From Armatimonadota bacterium (GTDB lineage Bacteria > Armatimonadota > Fimbriimonadia > Fimbriimonadales > Fimbriimonadaceae), in NCBI GenBank assembly GCA_027451905.1, contig DAIDHV010000008.1, forward strand, positions 1 through 64,000: a DNA stretch of 64,000 nt, given 5' to 3'. Position 1 is the stretch's first letter, and each line of letters opens with the position of its first letter. Shown in pieces: positions 30,706-40,890 of the stretch. The position numbers and the translations under genes were made by a program. Below the pieces are notes generated by a model. It worked only from the letters and a program-made list of their open reading frames with translations. It was not told where the DNA came from and made no database searches.

Positions 30706-31581
30706 TTACGCATAGAGTGTGCCGGTATTGACCACGGGCTGAACATTCGTTTCGCTGCAAAGGACAACCATTAAATTAGAAATCATGCTTGCCTTTCTTT
30801 CTTCGTCTAGCTTCACAAGACCGCCAGCGTCCAGTTCCTTCAGAGCCATTTCCACCATGCCCACCGCCCCATCTACAATCCGCTGACGCGCAGAAATGAC
30901 GGCAGAAGCCTGCTGTTTTTTGAGCATCACACCAGCGATTTCTGGCGCGTAGGCCAAGTGGGCAAGCCGCGCCTCTAAGACGGTTAATCCTGCTCTTTCT
31001 ACCCTTTCCTGAATTTCTGATCGAAGCTGGTCAAGAACTTCCGTTGAGTTGTGCATCAAGGAAGTGCTTCCATCTTCGGAATCATAGGCGTAGGCACCAG
31101 CCACGTGGCGGATAGCGGTTTCGCTTTGCAAGCGCATGTAAGACGCGTAGTCATCAACTTCAAATTTGGCCTTGTAAGTATCCACCACTTGCCACACAAT
31201 CACGGCTGCAATCTCCACGGGGTTGCCAGTCTTGTCGTTAACCTTCAGTTTGTCGCCATTAAGGGACATTGCCCGCAAGGAAAGCTTGTATTTTGTGTAA
31301 AACGGATTCACCCAAAAAAAGCCAGGAGTGACAACGCTGCCTTTATAGGTTCCGAAGAGCAGTAAAACTCTTGATCCGTTTGGCTCAACAATCAGCAAGC
31401 CGGGCCAAACCAGCATGCAAAGAATGAAGCTCAAAGTGCTCAATAAGACCACTGCCAATTGAGCGTCACCGGTGAGCTGAGCTCCGCCAAAAATCCAGCC
31501 GATCGGGGCAAGGACGGTCAACAAGATGGCAAAGATCAGCATCGGTACACCTGCCATCGGTTTGAAATTTCTGTTTTCCAT
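30706..31581 (-). CDS. SPFH/band-7 (stomatin/prohibitin-like) membrane protein
   Basis: N-terminal TM helices plus SPFH domain and coiled-coil. Confidence 0.75.
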   Translation of the reverse strand: MENRNFKPMAGVPMLIFAILLTVLAPIGWIFGGAQLTGDAQLAVVLLSTLSFILCMLVWPGLLIVEPNGSRVLLLFGTYKGSVVTPGFFWVNPFYTKYKLSLRAMSLNGDKLKVNDKTGNPVEIAAVIVWQVVDTYKAKFEVDDYASYMRLQSETAIRHVAGAYAYDSEDGSTSLMHNSTEVLDQLRSEIQERVERAGLTVLEARLAHLAYAPEIAGVMLKKQQASAVISARQRIVDGAVGMVEMALKELDAGGLVKLDEERKASMISNLMVVLCSETNVQPVVNTGTLYA

Positions 31582-31721
31582 TTTTATATCCTATCAAACA
31601 TCAATTATTTTGATATCACAATGCAATACGCTTACATTTAATATTTTTTGTCATTTTTAAGAAAAAAGATTCATTTTTTTGGGCAGACAACAAATGGCAG
31701 CTAAAGTGCCATGATGAACAT

Positions 31722-32207
31722 GTGCGCAGCGTCGCCGTTTATCCAGGCAGTTTTGATCCCCTTACCCTTGGCCACATTGATGTCATTGAAAGGGCATCAA
31801 AGCTTTTTGACCGAATTATCGTTGCGGTAGGAGTGAACTCTGCCAAGGTGCCCCTGCTAACCGCGGAGCAAAGGATGGAGGTGATTACAGCCTCTTGCCA
31901 GCACATTCCCAACCTCAAAGTTGACCGGTTTACGGGCCTGCTGATGGATTATGCCAAGGCACAAAACGTGAGAGCCGTCATCCGTGGCTTACGGGCTACT
32001 GCAGACTTTGAATATGAGTTCCAGACTGCCACCGTGAACCGAAAGCTATCCGATGGCTTAGAAACGATCTTTTTGATGACAAAGTGGGAGCATAGTTTTA
32101 TCAGCAGTTCGGTTGTGAAAGAGCTTGCTACTTTAGGGGGAGATTTTCGGTCTTTGGTGCCAGAAGCTGCCATTCCTTACATCGAGCAGGCCCTGCGCTC
32201 CCATTGA
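31722..32207 (+). CDS. coaD: Phosphopantetheine adenylyltransferase
   Basis: AVYPGSFDPLTLGHIDVIERA... H/TxGH motif. Confidence 0.95.
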   Translation: MRSVAVYPGSFDPLTLGHIDVIERASKLFDRIIVAVGVNSAKVPLLTAEQRMEVITASCQHIPNLKVDRFTGLLMDYAKAQNVRAVIRGLRATADFEYEFQTATVNRKLSDGLETIFLMTKWEHSFISSSVVKELATLGGDFRSLVPEAAIPYIEQALRSH

Positions 32208-32287
32208 ACTAACAGCAAACTGCGCGATCGTGTCAAAATAACGACTAGTACCCTCTTTCATAAGACGTCCTACAATAGATAGAAACA

Positions 32288-32836
32288 ATGGACATTCTCC
32301 GCATACTTGACGAGCTGCAAGATCAGGCAGTGATTAAGCCCAAACAGATTGTTGGGAAAATTACCTATGGACTCAACAAGGAAGAAGTCAACTCCCTTAT
32401 TTTAAGAGTTCGCGCCTCCTTGCCAAAAGAGTTAAAAGAAGCCGCGTCGACGGTGCGTGAGTCGGATCGGATCATGGAGACAGCTCGAGAAGATGCTCAT
32501 CTCACCATTGATTACGCTAAAAAAGAGTCAGAAAGGCTGGTATTAGAGGCCAAAGATGAAGCGGAGCGGTTGATTCAGCAAGCTAAATTAGAGCAGGAGC
32601 AAATGGTGAATTCCAGTGAAATCCTTAAACTTAGCAAGTCTCAGGCCGATGAAATTGTGACCAGAGCCGAGAGGGATGCGCTTGAGATTAAGCGGGGAGC
32701 AGATGACTATGCCTACCGGATCATTGAACATCTTGGTAAAGTTGTTCAAAAAACTCTTTCCTCTATCGAAGACGCCAAGGTTTCGGTTGAACCTCATCGT
32801 GATGTGAGTCCTCCCAAAGAAAAACTAAGATATTAA
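32288..32836 (+). CDS. Coiled-coil hypothetical protein
   Basis: Glu/Lys-rich heptad-like sequence; no clear family. Confidence 0.4.
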   Translation: MDILRILDELQDQAVIKPKQIVGKITYGLNKEEVNSLILRVRASLPKELKEAASTVRESDRIMETAREDAHLTIDYAKKESERLVLEAKDEAERLIQQAKLEQEQMVNSSEILKLSKSQADEIVTRAERDALEIKRGADDYAYRIIEHLGKVVQKTLSSIEDAKVSVEPHRDVSPPKEKLRY

Positions 32837-32843
32837 CGCCGAT

Positions 32844-35282
32844 ATGAACAAAAGCAAAGAAGCTTGTATCTCCCTTGTGAAACGTTTCGCAAAATGGTTT
32901 CTGCCTCTCTTCTTGCTGACTTTGGCATGTCTTTCTCAGGCTGATATAACGTTAAGATTTACCAGTTGGGATGGCGATGTCTCTCTGCGAGTTTTGCGCA
33001 AACTCTGTGACCAATTTGAGGCCCAGAATCCGGGAGTCAAGATTGATTTAGAGCAAATTCCCGATTACAACGTCTACCACCAAAAAATGATAGTGGAGTA
33101 CGCGGCTAATGCGGCTCCCGACGTGGCGATGATGGATCCTGGCCACTTCCAGTTTTTGGCAGAACGAGGGGCGCTTATGCCTCTCAATCAGTTCTTCAGC
33201 CAAATCCCCGGATTCAACATCAAAGACTACTATCCAAGAATCGTTGCTGCCCACACCCTCAAAGGTCAGTTGTACGTTCTTCCCCGCGATATTGCACCCG
33301 AAGGGCTGATTTACTACAACAAGGCAGAATTCAAGGCAGCCGGCATTCCGTATCCGGACGGATCATGGACTTGGGATTTTCATGAAAGACCATGGCTGAA
33401 AAGCAAAGACTTTTTGTGGGTCATGCACAAGCTGACCCTCTTTAACAAGAATGGGTCTGTTAAGCAATACGGATATACGCCCTCTGGTGATCAGCTTCTT
33501 CTCAACGCGCTTGCCTATGGCTGCGGGCTGCGCTACACCGATAACCCTCAGTATCCAACCAAGGTTTTGCCCAACATCAATGGCTGGATCAAGGTTGGTG
33601 ACTTGCTCCACGACATTGAGCAAAACAAGCATTGGGCACCGAGTCAGCTAGACGTTTCCAGTAATTTTCAATCGGCTGCCTATCAACTCTTTGTAAGAGG
33701 TCAAACCGCCATGTATCAAGATGGCATCTGGCAAGTTCCCCAGATCAGAAGGGACATGCCACCGGGAAGCAAGGACTTTTTTGATTGGGACATTGCTCCA
33801 TTCCCTCGCTATGTGGGAGCGCCAGTCATGAGGGGCCCGACCGGGGGTTCTGGCTACGCCATGTTCTCCACTTGCAAGCACAAACGAATGGCTTGGAAGT
33901 TTATGACGTTTATGGCAGGGCCGGTAGGCATGCGGGCGATGGCAGAAGCAGGAATCGCCCAGCCAGCCATCCGCAAAGTTGCCCTGTCTCACGCTTGGAT
34001 TCCGGGACCAAACACTCCCTATGCCCAGCTTTGGCCCCACAACCGTATCATCACCGATCAAGAAGTAGCCAATGTTGTTTTTGATCCAACATCTCCCTAC
34101 TGGCAAGATGCCTCTAGCTACCTTAATGCGGAACTGACCACATTCTTTAACGGCATTATCAGCGCAAAAACCGCCTTTACGGTGGGACGGCAGCAAAGCC
34201 AAGATCGTTTGGATTACTTGAGGCATCAAGCTAATCTCCCCAGATTTCCTTGGGCAGCGGGAATTTTAGTGGGACTGGCTCTTGTTGCCGGCCTTTGCTT
34301 TTTTGTTTACTGGCCAGAAAGGGGCAAAAAATATACCACGCGGCAAAAGTCAGAAAACCGATCTGCCTATAAATTTCTTACTCTGTGGATCATCGGACTG
34401 GTTGGTCTGACGCTTGGCCCTATGGTTTTGTCTCTGCTGATGAGTGTCACCAGTTGGGACATGATCACTCCTGCCCGATGGCGTGGGGTTGGTAATTTCC
34501 AAGAAGCCTTTACTGCCGACCCCCGATTTTGGGTTTCCCTCAAGGTGACCTTTATTTACACCGCAGTAAGGGTGCCTCTTAGCCTTGTTTTCTCTTTTGT
34601 CTTAGCCATGCTGCTCAACGTCAAAGTGCGCGGGATTCCTCTTTATCGAGCTGCCTTTTACATTCCGTCTTTGGCTTCTGGAGTTGCATCCTCTTTGATT
34701 TGGATGCGTATATTTTCCCCTAACAATGGGCTGCTCAATAGCTTTTTGTATAGCAAATGGATCAACGGCACCCTCCATATCGGAGACTGGCTCAGCAATT
34801 TAGTTGGCACTCCTCACACCCCTGTAAACTGGATTGGGTCCGAGCAAACCGCCCTAAGCGCCTTTATCATCATGTCTTTGTGGGGGGTTGGTGGCTCAAC
34901 AATTATCCTTCTTGCCGGACTGCAAGGCGTCCCCGATATGTACTATGAAGCGGCGACGGTCGATGGCGCCTCTCCGTTCAAGAAGATGAAGGCGATCACC
35001 CTGCCGATGATCACCCCCGCTCTCTTTTTCACGCTCATTACGGGGTTCATTGCCGCTTTTCAGAACTTTACCGACGTGTATGTCGTGACATCGGGCGGAG
35101 GAGGTCCCAACAACGCAACCATGCTTTATATGCTTAATCTCTATAACATGGCATTTGCCAATCATCGGTTTGGATATGCGGCAGCCCTGGGCTGGATGCT
35201 CTTTGCCATTATCCTGATTGTCACGTTAATTCAATTTCAAACCAGCAAGTGGGTTTATTACGAAGCGGATGTGAAGAAATAA
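32844..35282 (+). CDS. Fused sugar ABC transporter: periplasmic solute-binding domain (family 1) joined through an extra TM helix to a MalF/UgpA-type permease
   Basis: Signal peptide with AXA site (SQA/D). ~430-aa SBP-like region, then TM (AGILVGLALVAGLCFFVYW), a basic cytoplasmic loop and six permease TMs with the EAA-like loop region. Confidence 0.75.
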   Translation: MNKSKEACISLVKRFAKWFLPLFLLTLACLSQADITLRFTSWDGDVSLRVLRKLCDQFEAQNPGVKIDLEQIPDYNVYHQKMIVEYAANAAPDVAMMDPGHFQFLAERGALMPLNQFFSQIPGFNIKDYYPRIVAAHTLKGQLYVLPRDIAPEGLIYYNKAEFKAAGIPYPDGSWTWDFHERPWLKSKDFLWVMHKLTLFNKNGSVKQYGYTPSGDQLLLNALAYGCGLRYTDNPQYPTKVLPNINGWIKVGDLLHDIEQNKHWAPSQLDVSSNFQSAAYQLFVRGQTAMYQDGIWQVPQIRRDMPPGSKDFFDWDIAPFPRYVGAPVMRGPTGGSGYAMFSTCKHKRMAWKFMTFMAGPVGMRAMAEAGIAQPAIRKVALSHAWIPGPNTPYAQLWPHNRIITDQEVANVVFDPTSPYWQDASSYLNAELTTFFNGIISAKTAFTVGRQQSQDRLDYLRHQANLPRFPWAAGILVGLALVAGLCFFVYWPERGKKYTTRQKSENRSAYKFLTLWIIGLVGLTLGPMVLSLLMSVTSWDMITPARWRGVGNFQEAFTADPRFWVSLKVTFIYTAVRVPLSLVFSFVLAMLLNVKVRGIPLYRAAFYIPSLASGVASSLIWMRIFSPNNGLLNSFLYSKWINGTLHIGDWLSNLVGTPHTPVNWIGSEQTALSAFIIMSLWGVGGSTIILLAGLQGVPDMYYEAATVDGASPFKKMKAITLPMITPALFFTLITGFIAAFQNFTDVYVVTSGGGGPNNATMLYMLNLYNMAFANHRFGYAAALGWMLFAIILIVTLIQFQTSKWVYYEADVKK

Positions 35283-35283
35283 A

Positions 35284-36144
35284 ATGGCAGCGACTCGTGC
35301 AAAAAAAATCCCCATCAGCGAGAGGTTCGGAAAGGCCACCGCGGTTTTCTTGCTACTAGCGGGAACCGTTGTGTTTGGGCTTCCCCTCTACATCATGCTG
35401 ACGATGGCGTTCAAATCGCCCCATGAAATCGCGGTCAGCTCTCCGTGGGCACTTCCTGAGCATTGGAAGTTCTCTAATTTTACGGATGTCCTTTCAAACC
35501 CTAACGTTAGCTTCTTCCTTTTCTTCAAGAACACTCTCATCATCGCCGTCATGGCGTCCTTGGGCGCCACGATTACGTCGGCGATGGTTGCCTACGCGTT
35601 TGCAAGAATGAACTTTAGAGGCAGAGACCGATTGTTCATTGTGCTGCTGAGCACCATGATGTTGCCCGGAATTGTGACCATGATCCCTGCCTATGTGCTT
35701 TTCAAGTACCTGCACTGGATCAACACCATCTATCCGCTTTGGGTGCCTGCTTGGTTCGGAGGCGGTGCCTTTAATGTTTTCTTGCTCCGTCAGTTTTTTA
35801 TGGGCATTCCAAGGGAGTTTGATGAGGCTGCCATTTTGGATGGAGCAACCCACGCAAGGATCTTTTGGTCTCTCATCATTCCTAATTCTAAACCTGCCCT
35901 TGCCACGGTTGCAGTCTTTGCGTTTATCTACAACTGGCGAGACTTTTTAGATCAGCTTATCTTTTTGAACAGCCCCAACAAGCAGACTTTAGAAGTTGGC
36001 CTTAGCACCTACAACACCCTGAATAGCTCTCAATGGAACCTCTTGATGGCAGCCGCTGTGTTGGTGATGATCCCTGTTTTCATCATTTTCCTTGCCGGCC
36101 AGCGGTACTTCGTCAAGGGAATTGTTATGACCGGCGGCAAGTAA
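35284..36144 (+). CDS. Sugar ABC transporter permease (MalG/UgpE-type)
   Basis: Six TMs; EAA loop (FDEAAILDGAT). Confidence 0.85.
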   Translation: MAATRAKKIPISERFGKATAVFLLLAGTVVFGLPLYIMLTMAFKSPHEIAVSSPWALPEHWKFSNFTDVLSNPNVSFFLFFKNTLIIAVMASLGATITSAMVAYAFARMNFRGRDRLFIVLLSTMMLPGIVTMIPAYVLFKYLHWINTIYPLWVPAWFGGGAFNVFLLRQFFMGIPREFDEAAILDGATHARIFWSLIIPNSKPALATVAVFAFIYNWRDFLDQLIFLNSPNKQTLEVGLSTYNTLNSSQWNLLMAAAVLVMIPVFIIFLAGQRYFVKGIVMTGGK

Positions 36145-36179
36145 CCTAAAACTCCCCCTCATTGGAGTAACCTATCGGC

Positions 36180-36821
36180 ATGATTTTCCCTTTGCCAATG
36201 CCTAAGATCATGCCGTCTGCAGCGCAGATTTCTGCTTCGCCAAGCCATGCCACGCCTGGCTCAAAGGAGTGGAAAATTGACAAATTTCTTTCAACATGGT
36301 TTACCTATGGATACTTGGCAGCTGGTCAGGTAGCACCGTTTGCCGAGCATCTCCACAAACCAATGCAGATGGCACTGAGAAGCGGAGACTCTGAGCTTGT
36401 AGCAGTAGGCCTTGCCGAAGCCCTCAAGCGCCTCACAAGAGTTCCACGACCCGATACCCACAAACCCACCTCCTTTCCAAGCGGCCACACCACCGCTGCC
36501 TTTGCGATGGCGACGGCAGAGAGTCAGTTCAATCCAGGAAGTGCTCTTTATTGGTATCTGGGGGCAACTGCCATTTCGATTTCTAGGATTCGCCTGTATC
36601 GGCACCATGTCACCGATGTTCTTGCAGGCGCCGCCTTAGGATTCCTTGCGACTCGCTGGGAACTCTCGCAACCGAGGGGACTTCTGCTTGGCGGCCTGAT
36701 TGTGAATCGCACCTCGGCTTTGGGCTTGGCAGCGTCGGAGTGGAATCAATCAAGCCCAGAGGGGTGGTCCATGATCTCGGGCCCCCTTGGAATCGGAATG
36801 AGGTACTCGGCTAAGTTTTAG
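36180..36821 (+). CDS. PAP2-family phosphatase
   Basis: PAP2 motifs: PSGHT and SRIRLYRHHVTDV. Confidence 0.7.
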   Translation: MIFPLPMPKIMPSAAQISASPSHATPGSKEWKIDKFLSTWFTYGYLAAGQVAPFAEHLHKPMQMALRSGDSELVAVGLAEALKRLTRVPRPDTHKPTSFPSGHTTAAFAMATAESQFNPGSALYWYLGATAISISRIRLYRHHVTDVLAGAALGFLATRWELSQPRGLLLGGLIVNRTSALGLAASEWNQSSPEGWSMISGPLGIGMRYSAKF

Positions 36822-36887
36822 CGGGAAGAGCAGACACACGCATCCTGCCCACTAGCCAAACCCACCGGCCCATTGTTTAAGGGCCCT

Positions 36888-37724
36888 CTATCCAGAAAAG
36901 TGAAGCGGGCTCATTGCCAAGCTGTATGTGGCCTCATTCAGATAAACAAGATCCATTGCCGGCTCCCTCTTAGGCAAGCTCGATGAAAATGAGCCGGAAG
37001 GACTGCCCCAGACAAACGCGGAATAGCCTCCAAAAGATGGCACCAAGCCACAATACGATCCAACCCTGCCAAACACTTTTCCAAACTCGCCTAAGATGGC
37101 CTTTACCGAATAAGGGCAAATGACGGGGTTATCTGCCTGGGTCACGAGAAATCCACCTGGCTTAAGGGCCGCTAGGCAATCTTGATAAAATTCCTGAGTA
37201 AACAAAGATTCACTTAGAACACCATCTTCGCCTTCATAGGTATCCGTAGAATCGGCAATGATAAGGTCATACTCCGCTTTTTTTGTCTTCACAAAAGGAA
37301 AAGCGTCTCCAATTTGCAAATGCAGCCTTGGGTCCTCAAACGCGCCGCTGCTGAGTTGAGGCAGCTCTTTTCTGCAAATCTCAATGACATCGCCATCAAT
37401 TTCCACCATATCTATCCTCTGGAGTGAGCGATTCTTGACAAGCTCTCTTAAGGCACCACCGTCTCCACCACCTACAATAAGCGCCGATTCGGCATGAGGA
37501 ATGTTGAGCATCGGAATCTGGACCAGACACTCGTGATAGGCGGCTTCATCAAAAGACGTCAGCTGGATATGCCCATCTAAAAGCAAAACCTTGCCGAAGA
37601 CTTCGGTTTGCAAAATCTCAATGTGTTGGAACGGAGATTGGTGGTTGGCAAGCCTAGCTTCCACCTGCAAAGAGACCTCCATTTTGTTGCCTCGAATTGG
37701 ATAGGTAAGTTTTTCCATGATCAA
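36888..37724 (-). CDS. speE: Spermidine synthase / polyamine aminopropyltransferase
   Basis: VLLLDG...LIVGGGDGGALRELVK...DLIIADSTD SpeE motifs. Confidence 0.85.
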   Translation of the reverse strand: MIMEKLTYPIRGNKMEVSLQVEARLANHQSPFQHIEILQTEVFGKVLLLDGHIQLTSFDEAAYHECLVQIPMLNIPHAESALIVGGGDGGALRELVKNRSLQRIDMVEIDGDVIEICRKELPQLSSGAFEDPRLHLQIGDAFPFVKTKKAEYDLIIADSTDTYEGEDGVLSESLFTQEFYQDCLAALKPGGFLVTQADNPVICPYSVKAILGEFGKVFGRVGSYCGLVPSFGGYSAFVWGSPSGSFSSSLPKREPAMDLVYLNEATYSLAMSPLHFSG

Positions 37725-37819
37725 AAACGCCGCTAAAGACTATAGTCCTTTTCTATAAAAACCTGCTTGCAATTGACGCCTTTTGATCTGTTTATTGCAA
37801 TAAAACGTTAGATTCTGTA

Positions 37820-39034
37820 ATGAAAATGTCATTGAAGACAACCGCCCTCGTAACCGTGGGTGGCATAAGCCTGCTTAGCGCTGTTTTCGTTTGGAGCAAA
37901 AGACCCACGCCCCTTTCTTACCCCCGAGTCAAAGCCAATCTTGCCCCGATCGAAAGCGGATTTGGTCACTTCTCCACCTTGTTCTTAAAAGGCGTTCATC
38001 CGCCTAAGGATAAAAACTTTGCCTACTCTCCGATTTCTATGGAGATGGCACTCCTGATGCTGGGCCCCGGCCTTTCTCTTAAAGATCAGCAAACATTAGG
38101 CGCCTCGGTTGGCATGAGCCCTCAGGATGTGAGCAACTCTCAGGCTCCTCTTGCCATTGCCGGCTCTCTCTACCAACGCAATGCAATCATGGCTAATTCG
38201 GTTTGGGTAGGTCCGAAGTTTTCTCTCTATCGGGATTATCAAAGACAAGTCCAAGCTTTGGACGGCGCCGAAGCCCATTCTCTGACTGGATTGGGAACAG
38301 GAGGTGCCGACCAAATCAACAACTGGGTGGCACTCAACACCAAAAACCGGATTCAAAAGCTGTTTGACTCTCTTCGCACTGGTACCTGTATGGTTCTTGT
38401 CAACGCCCTCACGTTTGATGGCAAGTGGCAACGTCCCTTTGATGCCTTGAAGACCGCAAAAGGTTCTTGGACAACCCAAAACTCTCACCTGACGGCAATG
38501 ATGATGCATTCCGATGAAAACATTCCTCTTGCTCAATATCCAACCTATACGGTAGGAAGGCTCAATTACAAAGACAATGACATGTGCATGGACATGATCC
38601 TGCCAAAGGGGCTTTCGGACCCTTGGCAAGCTCTGCTAAGTGCCAAAACAACTCTCTTAACCGGAACGCCCCATTGGAATGCAAAAAGCACGAGCGTGGA
38701 GATGCCGAAGTTTGAATTTAACCTCCGCCAAAATATGAACCCAGTGATGAACTCCATTGGACTTGGCTCCTTTTTAAATGAAATGCCACAACAAAGAATG
38801 GTGAAAACCACTTTGGGCGTGTCTGTTGATCAAGTAGAACAAGCGATTTGGGTAAAAATTGATGAAGAAGGAACCAAAGCCGCCGCAGCTACGGGGGTTG
38901 GATGCGAGGCGTCGAGCATCATGGTGCAGCCCCATCTCAATCCGTTTAACGTAGACCATCCGTTTGCGTTTGTGATTAGAGACCTCAAGACGGGTGCAAT
39001 TCTTTTTGCGGGGGCCGTTTATCAGCCGGAATAA
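37820..39034 (+). CDS. Serpin (serine protease inhibitor) with signal/anchor
   Basis: Reactive-centre hinge EEGTKAAAATGV; C-terminal FNVDHPFAFVIRD; NALTFDGKWQRPF. Confidence 0.85.
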   Translation: MKMSLKTTALVTVGGISLLSAVFVWSKRPTPLSYPRVKANLAPIESGFGHFSTLFLKGVHPPKDKNFAYSPISMEMALLMLGPGLSLKDQQTLGASVGMSPQDVSNSQAPLAIAGSLYQRNAIMANSVWVGPKFSLYRDYQRQVQALDGAEAHSLTGLGTGGADQINNWVALNTKNRIQKLFDSLRTGTCMVLVNALTFDGKWQRPFDALKTAKGSWTTQNSHLTAMMMHSDENIPLAQYPTYTVGRLNYKDNDMCMDMILPKGLSDPWQALLSAKTTLLTGTPHWNAKSTSVEMPKFEFNLRQNMNPVMNSIGLGSFLNEMPQQRMVKTTLGVSVDQVEQAIWVKIDEEGTKAAAATGVGCEASSIMVQPHLNPFNVDHPFAFVIRDLKTGAILFAGAVYQPE

Positions 39035-39042
39035 CCGCTAGC

Positions 39043-40035
39043 TTATCCGGCATCAAGCGCCTCTTCGGCGGCTTTGATCAGAAAAGAACTGGGAATGCTT
39101 TTGACGTTGCCATCTTGTGAGACAACCACTTGATTGTTGCCAAAGGCATTTCCAAACCCTCTGTAATTGGTAGACCCAAAAACCTGGACCGTGGTGGCCC
39201 CCACTGCCGAAGCCAGGTGCAAAAGTCCGGTGTCTCCGCCAACGACCAAATTCAGCTGAGATAGGGTGCTACATAGGCCAGCGAGATTGGTTTTGCCCAC
39301 CAGATTGACGAACGGTACGGGGCTGATCTCTCTGAGTTGATCGGCAAAAGGAGACTCTTCTGGCCCTCCGAGTATGGCAACCCGGTGGCAGCGATCAGAG
39401 AAAAACGCCATAAGATGCGTTAGCTGGTCCCTCGATAGCCTTTTCATCCCTGATGTGGCTCCTGCCTGGATCCCGACGGTGGCCCCTTGCAGCAATTCCA
39501 ACCCCATTGCTCCCCGATCTGCCACCGGCAAAGAGGGCCGATCAAGAGTAATGGGAACTCCAAGGGGCCTCAACAAGTCCAGCAAAGAGAAGGCAAAGTA
39601 AGATGCTCCCCCAAAATCCACCGGATCTGTAAGCAATGGTGCGCGGCACTCTCCGCCGTGACCTATTCTCTGAGGAATTTTTGCAATTCTTGCCAGCCAT
39701 GCGGTTCGGAAACTGGTTTTAGCAAGCAAGGCAACCTCAAATTCTTGAGTGCGCAAAAAGCGGGCGTACTTGAAATCGGCAAGGATCCCCGACGGGTAGT
39801 GACGCTGAAGAGTTGGTCGACCGGAGTACTCCAGCAACGCGGTGGAATAGCCCTCGGTGGCATAAAATGCTTCACCAAAATGCGCCTCTAATTGCTGGAT
39901 GAGGGGCAGAGTCATCACCGTGTCACCCAAATACTTGCGGGTGATCAATAAAATTTTGCGCCTTGGAACCGGGGTGGAATGAACCACCGCATGACTCCAT
40001 TTCTTCTTTAAGGCGTATCCCTTCATGTTTGGCAA
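39043..40035 (-). CDS. Glycosyltransferase family 9 (ADP-heptose:LPS heptosyltransferase-like)
   Basis: GT9 fold; C-terminal GGDTGLLHLASAVG motif. Confidence 0.75.
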   Translation of the reverse strand: MPNMKGYALKKKWSHAVVHSTPVPRRKILLITRKYLGDTVMTLPLIQQLEAHFGEAFYATEGYSTALLEYSGRPTLQRHYPSGILADFKYARFLRTQEFEVALLAKTSFRTAWLARIAKIPQRIGHGGECRAPLLTDPVDFGGASYFAFSLLDLLRPLGVPITLDRPSLPVADRGAMGLELLQGATVGIQAGATSGMKRLSRDQLTHLMAFFSDRCHRVAILGGPEESPFADQLREISPVPFVNLVGKTNLAGLCSTLSQLNLVVGGDTGLLHLASAVGATTVQVFGSTNYRGFGNAFGNNQVVVSQDGNVKSIPSSFLIKAAEEALDAG

Positions 40036-40197
40036 ACTTATGGTGAGCTTTGGAAAAACCTACTGTTTCAGATTATATTCTGATGCCATCAGCCTACCAA
40101 GACAAAGTCTAACTGTGATTGCTATTGATATTTACTACAGGGATAACGAAAAGGTTTGACTTAAGATTCATAAAGAACACGCTAAAAGTTCAGAAAA

Positions 40198-40737
40198 TTG
40201 AAAATCCGCCGCACATGGGTCGGTACCCTTGAATCTGTTTTGAACTTAATGATCTCTTGGACCGCCCAATACTTCATTTTCTTAATGGGGGCCGTCGTTT
40301 TTGTTTTGTGGATTCGGCTGCCAAACAAAAGCAAGTTGGATTTTAGCGTTCACTTTGCGATAGCGGGGCTGATTGCCATTTTGGAAAGCAAGGGGCTTGC
40401 CCATTACTTTTACGACACCCGTCCTTTTGTGGTGCTTCACCGAAAGCCACTTTTCCCCCACGTACCCGATAATGGATTCCCTTCTGATCACACGACCCTT
40501 ACCATGATGACGGCCCTCCTATGGAGGAAGTACTCCAAACCTATTGGGGCCGCCATGATGGCTTGCTCTTTGATGATTGGGGTTGCTCGGGTTGCCTCGC
40601 TGGTTCATTCTCCGGTTGATATTGCAGGTTCTATCTTGATCGCCTCGGCGGCGGCCGGAATTTCCGCCTATTTTGCGCCCGAAATTGCCGCTCGGTTGGG
40701 CCAGATCGGAAAGAAATCTCAGCGAGAAACCGCTTAG
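40198..40737 (+). CDS. PAP2-like membrane phosphatase
   Basis: FPSDHT and SLVHSPVDIAGS PAP2 motifs; multi-TM. Confidence 0.65.
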   Translation: MKIRRTWVGTLESVLNLMISWTAQYFIFLMGAVVFVLWIRLPNKSKLDFSVHFAIAGLIAILESKGLAHYFYDTRPFVVLHRKPLFPHVPDNGFPSDHTTLTMMTALLWRKYSKPIGAAMMACSLMIGVARVASLVHSPVDIAGSILIASAAAGISAYFAPEIAARLGQIGKKSQRETA

Positions 40738-40890
40738 ATCGGGCATGCCTACCTAGATTTCCGCAATTGTTGGCAAGGTCTTTCTACCATATCATTGGCG
40801 GCCAAGGCCGAGCCTGCGCTTTTGCAAAGGTCAGCCGTTCTCTGCCCAAAGTCAACCTTTCGTGGCTAGGTGTAAACTGTAGGTACGAGT

